From assembly GCA_048772705.1 (NCBI GenBank), contig JBLWGC010000216.1, forward strand, positions 1 through 64,000: a stretch of DNA of 64,000 nucleotides, read 5' to 3'. Shown here piece by piece: positions 57,563 to 64,000 of this stretch; the first letter of the stretch is position 1; each line of letters begins with the position of its first letter. This DNA is from Leidyana gryllorum EB-2025a. Its lineage: Eukaryota; Protista; Apicomplexa. Under the pieces are notes generated by a model. The model did not search any database and was not told the DNA's origin. It was given only the letters and a program-made list of their open reading frames with translations. Position numbers and translations under genes: made by a program.

Positions 57563-59191
57563 ATGTCGAAGAGAGCGGCTTCCCTCAAGGCGAAGGGCGC
57601 CAAATCGGCTGTCACTAAGCGCCCATCAGCTGTGAAGAAGGGAAACTCGTCTACTCATCAGCAGCATGGAGGGGGGTCTTCTACGTCAGCGCCTCAGCAG
57701 AACTTCTATCGGTCGAACAATGCAGTTCGACGTCTGAAAATGTACTCTGCGAAGCCTGACATGGAGAAGATGCGGCAGACGCCAGCACAGCAGTCTATAA
57801 TGATAGAGCCGGGCCGTAAATGGTTTAATAATACTCGTGTGGTGACACAAGCCAAGCTGGACCAGTTTCGGGAAGCTCTTGAAGAAAAGAGCAAAGATCC
57901 CAGCTCCATTCTCCTGAAGCGTACGAAGCTCCCTGTGTCGCTATTCGACCACAGTAACGAGCAGAGTAAAAAACGAGCCGCCAATTTGCTGACCGTCGAG
58001 CCCTACGACGAGACGTTCAGTCTCAGCAGACGGCGGAAGCGTCCTCGTCTCGCCGAGTCCAGTTTGGAGCAGTTGGCCAACAAGGCCCAGGAGAAGACCG
58101 AGGAGTACGAGGAGGGCGGGAAGGTTGAGAAAGATCGGGATATCATTACCTCTGACACCGAAAAGGAGATGAAAGGTCCCGTCGAAGCCGTTATGCTGAA
58201 GGGCACTTCGAAACGTATTTGGAACGTAAGTGGTTTTGGACGACTGATTCGTCAACTGGGATTGTAGGAATTGTATAAAGTCGTTGACTCTTCTGATGTG
58301 ATCGTCCAAGTATTGGACGCGCGTGACCCGAATGGCACTCGTTGTCGCCATTTGGAGAGACACATCAAGAAAGACAAACCCTTTAAGCGTATTGTTCTAT
58401 TGCTGAACAAATGTGATCTGATCCCCACCAAGATGACTGAGCAGTGGGTCAAAGTTTTGGGGAAAGAGTTCCCCACGATCGCCTTCAAGTCGTCCCTGAA
58501 ACACCCGTTCGGGAAAAAAAGTCTCATTGGACTGCTTAGACAGTTCGCGCAATTGATGAAGAACCGCAAGCACGTCTCCGTTGGGTTCGTCGGGTATCCG
58601 AATGTGGGCAAGTCGTCCGTAATTAACACTCTGAGGGCCAAGAAGGTCTGCACCACTGCGCCTGTGCCCGGAGAGACGAAGGTCTGGCAGTACGTAGCGT
58701 TGACCAGCAAGGTCTATCTGATCGACTGTCCCGGCATCGTGGCCGCCTCGACTCAGAAAGACGGGAAGAACGATGTGGGTAAGGTGTTGAAGGGGGTAGT
58801 TCGGGCTGAGAAGTTGGAGGAACCGGAAGATTACATATATGCCATCATTGAGAGGGTTAGCAAGGAGAAGATCAGTGCTCACTATAAACTCGAGGCAGAC
58901 TGGACAGAGCCGGAGGAGTTCCTTGAACGATTGGCTCTTCGACAAGGGAAATTGCGAAAGGGTGGAGAGGCCGATCTAACGATTGCAGCTCGCAAAGTTA
59001 TTTTTGACTTCCAGAGAGGGACGCTACCGTGGTTTGTACCGCCGCCGCGACTGAGCGAATTACCTCCTCCGCCAAAGAAACAACGAGCCGGAGAAACCGA
59101 AGTATTCTCGCACAGCAGCAGCAGCGACGATGAGGAAGAGACCAATAGCACGCATCCAGAAGCAGAAGTTGATTCAGAAGCAGAAGCGTAG
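57563..59191 (+). CDS. NOG2: Nucleolar GTP-binding protein 2 (intron 58226-58267)
   Basis: NGP1NT (RKWFNNTRV), VLDARDP.GTRC, NKCD, GYPNVGKSS and LIDCPG. Confidence 0.95.
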
Positions 59192-59258
59192 TCTATATTG
59201 CGTGAGAGATTGAGTGAGTGTGTGCGTGTGTGTGAAACTTGACGTTATGAATCAATAA

Positions 59259-60110
59259 TCAACGATATGACCCGTCACTTTCGTCTTCGACCGAGCTCAG
59301 ATTCTCTGGATCGTCCTCCTCCGATCGCGATCGACGTTGCTGCACGATTAGATCACTTACAACTCAACAAATGCGTTTCCTGCTCACCTCGTAACCTTGG
59401 TCAGTGACTTCCTCACTTTCCATATCGTCTGTACATTCGTCGTTTTCTTCTTCAACTGGTGACATGTCGTGCTCGTCCACACACTAAAAGGAAGACAACG
59501 ATTATTTTCCGTCCCTAATAATATTCCCTCGAACACTCACTTGTGACTCGGCGACCCCCTCCTCCCAATAGCCTCGATCCTCGCCGGCAAAATTCACTGC
59601 CTCTCTGGCATCTTCGTCAGAGGGGTAATCCACTTGCTTATCGTTGATACCCTGGACAGATGTACAGAGAAATTATGACACACAACTTGCCAAGCCGAAA
59701 CTTACGCTAGCTTCCCGATCGGTCCCAGACGCTTCCTCAGTGGTAGCGGGAGCATTTGCAGCCGCTTCTAGATCAATTTTCCTCACAGTCTCGTTAATGT
59801 GATGCAGAGCATCGTCACTGAGCACTCCCAGGTGATGCAGTACCGCGGCCACTTTATCGACATAAGAGTCGTTCTCCAGCCCGTACCACACCACCGTACC
59901 CTCAGATACCAGAATGCAGAATCGTCGGCAACGTGTGCCCATGTGGAATGAAGTGGCATCCATCGCGAGGCCCAGTGCCTGTGTTGGTGGCCCACCAGAC
60001 ATGGAGGTTAAGCGATAAAAGTCTTCAATGTTACCTTGGTGAATTTAGCTTCCCAGTCCGCAATCATGACTATATCGGTGGGCAGGCGGACTTCCTTGGC
60101 CCATGCTGCA
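59259..60110 (-). CDS. Redoxin/Prx5-like domain protein with acidic tail (5' end unresolved)
   Basis: AWAKE....IVMIADWEAKFTK/ALGLAMDA...MGTRCRRFCILVSEG resembles the Prx5 C-terminal half. No peroxidatic motif was found. Confidence 0.5.
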
Positions 60111-60710
60111 TCAAGAAAAGACATTCAGTGGGTATCATTGGAGGACACAAAACAGGGGGTATTTAAGGACACACCCATCCGCCGCGCGTCTCTCTCCCGA
60201 CGGCGCTCTCTTGTGTGCACACACGCAGTCAACAGGCTGCGCCACACATGAGGTCGACGTGACAGACAGGGGCGGTGGAGGGGCGGGGTATGTGGGACGA
60301 AATCGTCTGTCCCGAATTAGAATTACTCTGAATTTGAGGCCAAGGGGCAAGCTGCCTAAGTCTAACCCTAAGACTATGCCCCAGCCAGTGAGAGGTAGTG
60401 TGGCCTCATTTAAGAGTATATCACTTTCAGTGATGGGTGGGCACGCGGATACGCTTTTAGGAAGGGCGAAGGGACGGGGGAAGACGAGAGGGATTACGAA
60501 GCTCACCTTTCAAGACGAAAGGATCGTTTACTGCTACACAGGCAACGTATTGTACGGCCTCTTGTAGATAGGGGAGACAGTCGCGGAAACCTGTGGGGAC
60601 GATATCGATGTGGTGGAGGTTTACGAACCGGGAACGTGTCGTTGAGTACAGACGGGAGTGAAGGCTCCAGGGACGCCAAATATGATGCCCCGCTTATTCT
60701 TGAGCGCTTC

Positions 60711-62387
60711 ATGAAGGGTCATTGGGCGGCCCTTGCAGACCATCTGAATATTGGGTACTGTCCAATTGACATGGTCGGGGTCGACTACTACAGCCATTCT
60801 GGTCGAAAACGGGCGAAAAGGCTGTCATTTTTGGACCGCTATGAATGTTTGGCGGAAAAGCACAGCCGAAGTCGGTCCCTGGGCCGCCTGATAGCAATGT
60901 TCGGCTCCTCGCTGACGGGGACCGTGTCGTGGTTAGCTTCATCAAGTCAGCTAGTTTCTGGTAAGGCGGAAAAAGGTCTCGGACTGCATCGACACTCTTC
61001 AGGTGTGTTGGACCTTAGTCACCGGATTGCGCAAGCCCTGCGTCCCGCGACTTCGATTTTCACCCCAGAAGAACGGGAACTTCTATTCGTCATCCAGTCG
61101 CACCTCGTCGGGCTGTTGACCCCATTGCATCTATGTAGCATTTGGTCCAGATCTCGTCTGTCTGCAGCACTCCCTGCTATTCTGCAGGTGGAGGCTATTC
61201 TCCGGGATACAATGCGGTTTGTACACCCATTACTCTTAGGACAGCGGCCACAAGCAGCAGTTCTCTCAGCCGTATCGAGACCGCGCCCAGCCCCCCCTAT
61301 GCCGCTGTCGGGAGTTGAGGCACCGCACAAACGACGCGCGTCGGAGGATTTGTGGTCCTTGCCGTCCTCACAATCTCAACTACGAGCCAGCCTCCGCCCT
61401 CGTTTGCAGGAGTGTGCAGATCGACTAACGGTGGCTCAGACACTCATCAACACTGCGCTGAGCACTATGCAGACCTGTCTACTATTGAGACATCAAAGTC
61501 CCGCACCAACAAGTTGCAGAAACGTCTCGTCTAAAATTTGCCTGGCGACCCTCGTCAATGCACACCATAAATTCCAGGTGTGGAATGGCTGCTCAGGTGA
61601 TCTCGCCGTTATGCGAGGGATGCTCCTTCTCAACTGTGGAGAGTTAGCCAAGTTCACCGCAGGCCCAACCCCCCCCTTGCCAACAGGTTGGCATCTCGCC
61701 AGCGATCTCGCCGCGTTGCGACTGGAACGAAGACGAGGCGAATCCCCACACCTCACCGTCTCCCTAAAGGGCGGAGAGTCGCGACCTGGTTGCTGCCCCG
61801 TATTAGAGGCTAACAGGCGCTCCTGCTTGCAGCCAGAATATCGCTGGGACTTAGTTGACCAAGGCGCAGCCAGGGCCCTCCGCCGCTCCTTCGTCACCTC
61901 ACTCAACAAGCTCATTCGTCGCAAGGACTGCGACTGCTTGCGCACTGGTGAACTCAATGATAGCGGACCCTCACCCACCAGTCCATGCAGTGGCGACAAA
62001 TCGGAATGGGAAACCGTTTCCACTGAAAGTGAGGAGAAAGGTTCCTCCAGCCCATTCGAACATGTTGTTCTGGACGGCTGCTCCAAATCACCCCCCCGAA
62101 TGGTCCGCCCTGACAAGCGCATACGCACTCGACTCGCGTCGCGCAGCAGGGCGCTGTATGAACAGAATGTTTGGAGAGCCGAAGCACTCCTGATCACCTC
62201 AGAGATCTTAGGTGGATCGTCCAAAAAGTATCTATTCATTCTCTTACCCCAACATGGCATGACCCAGCCATCATTGCCCTGCCTCGAATTTCTTTACATG
62301 GCACGAATAGTTGGCCTGTCTAAAGCTGAACATTTTACTCATGAACTGCTCCAGCAAGCCCTTCAGGATTCCACCCTAACACCTTGA
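60711..62387 (+). CDS. Hypothetical protein
   Basis: Long ORF (about 558 aa from the first ATG) with no recognised motif. Confidence 0.6.
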   Translation: MKGHWAALADHLNIGYCPIDMVGVDYYSHSGRKRAKRLSFLDRYECLAEKHSRSRSLGRLIAMFGSSLTGTVSWLASSSQLVSGKAEKGLGLHRHSSGVLDLSHRIAQALRPATSIFTPEERELLFVIQSHLVGLLTPLHLCSIWSRSRLSAALPAILQVEAILRDTMRFVHPLLLGQRPQAAVLSAVSRPRPAPPMPLSGVEAPHKRRASEDLWSLPSSQSQLRASLRPRLQECADRLTVAQTLINTALSTMQTCLLLRHQSPAPTSCRNVSSKICLATLVNAHHKFQVWNGCSGDLAVMRGMLLLNCGELAKFTAGPTPPLPTGWHLASDLAALRLERRRGESPHLTVSLKGGESRPGCCPVLEANRRSCLQPEYRWDLVDQGAARALRRSFVTSLNKLIRRKDCDCLRTGELNDSGPSPTSPCSGDKSEWETVSTESEEKGSSSPFEHVVLDGCSKSPPRMVRPDKRIRTRLASRSRALYEQNVWRAEALLITSEILGGSSKKYLFILLPQHGMTQPSLPCLEFLYMARIVGLSKAEHFTHELLQQALQDSTLTP

Positions 62388-62399
62388 AGAAAAAAAATC

Positions 62400-63135
62400 A
62401 TGTTTCCGACCGAGGACCTGTTTGGCGCCTCGCCACCACCCCAGCTACCAGCACCTCCTAAGCCTGCCAAAGAGACCAAAAACGAGAAAAAGAGGCCTCG
62501 TGATAAATCAGAACCCGTGCACCTACGCAAAGCAGCGGGAAAGGTCTGGAATGATCCCACACTTCTAACGTGGCCAGAAAATGACCATCGGTACGTACAA
62601 TGCCTTGAACTACGCCGTTGAAACACACGTGTGCTCCACATAACAGGGTGTTCTGCGGAGACTTAGGCAATGAAGTAACGGATGAGATGCTCGCAAATGC
62701 ATTTCGTCATTATCAGAGCTTTAATCGGGCTCGGGTGGTGCGTGATAACCGCACAGGCAAGACCAAAGGCTATGGTGAGTACCGTTCTCATAGTGATCTG
62801 CATGAATATTGAACCCAGGCTTCGTGTCCTTCAATCGACCGGAAGACATGCTTGCCGCCATGAAAGAGATGAATCGGAAGTATGTCGGCAACCGTCCGAT
62901 CCGCGTGCTTAAGTCGAAATGGAAAGTGCGCGAAATTGACTCTGAGAAGAACAAGGCGGATGCTGGCCACCTGAAAATCTTGCCGACCAATTCGAAACAT
63001 CTAAGACGCTTCAAGGTGTTGCAGCGTCAAAAGGACCAGGCAGGATCAGTGAAGAAAGAGAGCACAGTCAATAAGACCTTCGCCACAGAGTACTGGCTCA
63101 ACCGATTCAAAGAAGGCCAAGGGTCCCAGCCATAA
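62400..63135 (+). CDS. RBM42: RBM42-like RRM protein (2 introns)
   Basis: RKAAGKVWNDPTL..WPENDHRVFCGDLGNEVTD...RTGKTKGYGFVSF. Confidence 0.9.
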
Positions 63136-63214
63136 ACAATAGCCACTGAGTATAGTTAGACAAGCCCAATTTGTTGGAGGAATTTGATTGAGAGTTCCTT
63201 GGAGTTCGATCCAA

Positions 63215-63733
63215 ATGCAAGCTACCAAATACACGGCCTTTGTAGTCAGCGTCGACAAGTTGGTGGGGTATCTGGAACCCACCAAGCCAGCTTCACTATG
63301 CTGGTATGTGGGCGAGGACTTTGCCAACCTCCACATGACGGACTACATTGCGCCCACTGGTGGTGCTTACCACTTCGCCCACACTGGTTGGGATTACAAG
63401 GTGGAGGGCCCAGAGGTTAGGATGAAGAGGAACTACATCACCTTTGAGTTGCGGATTCGCGGTGAAGGTTGCGTGGCGCGTGGTGTTATGCCTGTGGAGA
63501 TACCGTTCAAGGCTAATGTCCAAATGGCGCCTGCCGGTGTGCTTGGTGTTCGCATATCTACTGGAACAATCGTGTACCCTCGGAACCTTATGGTATTCCC
63601 TGATCGCCCCATTCCTCCCTCCATTAGCGTCCAAGTTTCACTGGTTGATAAAGATGGAGTTGAGCGCCCTATCGGAACAGTTAACGACGCAGGTCTTACG
63701 TTCAACTATGGTGGAGAGCCGCAAATGATGTAA
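63215..63733 (+). CDS. Hypothetical protein (beta-rich, about 172 aa)
   Basis: Clean ORF with protein-like composition. Confidence 0.55.
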   Translation: MQATKYTAFVVSVDKLVGYLEPTKPASLCWYVGEDFANLHMTDYIAPTGGAYHFAHTGWDYKVEGPEVRMKRNYITFELRIRGEGCVARGVMPVEIPFKANVQMAPAGVLGVRISTGTIVYPRNLMVFPDRPIPPSISVQVSLVDKDGVERPIGTVNDAGLTFNYGGEPQMM

Positions 63734-64000
63734 GTTGTGGACAAGCGTACCCGTAGTGTAGTGTCATCACAATTGGTAGAGTAACGTTGAGGTCCGGTAA
63801 CATTGCCTACAAGGCTTTTGGTGAGCTGTGGGAGATGGCGGTCGGACACGCTCGAATGTTCCACAAGCCGAGCTACGTAAGTGTATGCTGAGAAAGTCGC
63901 TTTGTGATTGTGGCTGCGCACCCCTGCGTGCGTGTCTGTTGCAGCTATTCAAGAAGGATTTGCCGGAAGTATCGATTCTGGGAATGTTTTGGGATCAGAG

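Noticed and set aside
60125-60130. In-frame TGA in the redoxin-like gene as selenocysteine
   Set aside because: It probably lies in an intron ending ...GATGCAG, is not at a catalytic Cys position, and no SECIS was identified.

Overview
Compact eukaryotic genomic DNA with short (about 40-60 bp) GT-AG introns and very tight gene packing. The gene set and style suggest an apicomplexan/gregarine-like protist (inference, not verified). 1-4942 is an intact, very young Ty3/gypsy LTR retrotransposon on the minus strand, with 171-bp LTRs, a tRNA-Gly primer-binding site and a single gag-pol ORF. It is inserted into the spacer of a 342-bp tandem array. The array (4943-13806) is not protein coding: each unit carries a 165-nt U1 snRNA gene on the minus strand, 26 copies in all. 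Three more U1 genes (15897, 16239 and a diverged copy at 20200) are interleaved with a cluster of five intronless plant-type (PSPG-box) UDP-glycosyltransferases. The same accessory block (about 14-29.5 kb) also holds a probable decayed Mutator-like transposase, a pair of paralogous 4-TM proteins and a decayed gag copy. From 29.7 kb onward is densely packed housekeeping DNA: actin and ADF head-to-head, ASNSD1-like, RPC1 and MPP-beta head-to-head, CCT3, a catalytically degenerate hexokinase-like gene, KRR1, GCN1, UNC-93-like, NOG2, RBM42 and hypothetical genes. The best candidate for a new system is the U1-array/LTR-retrotransposon/UGT locus.
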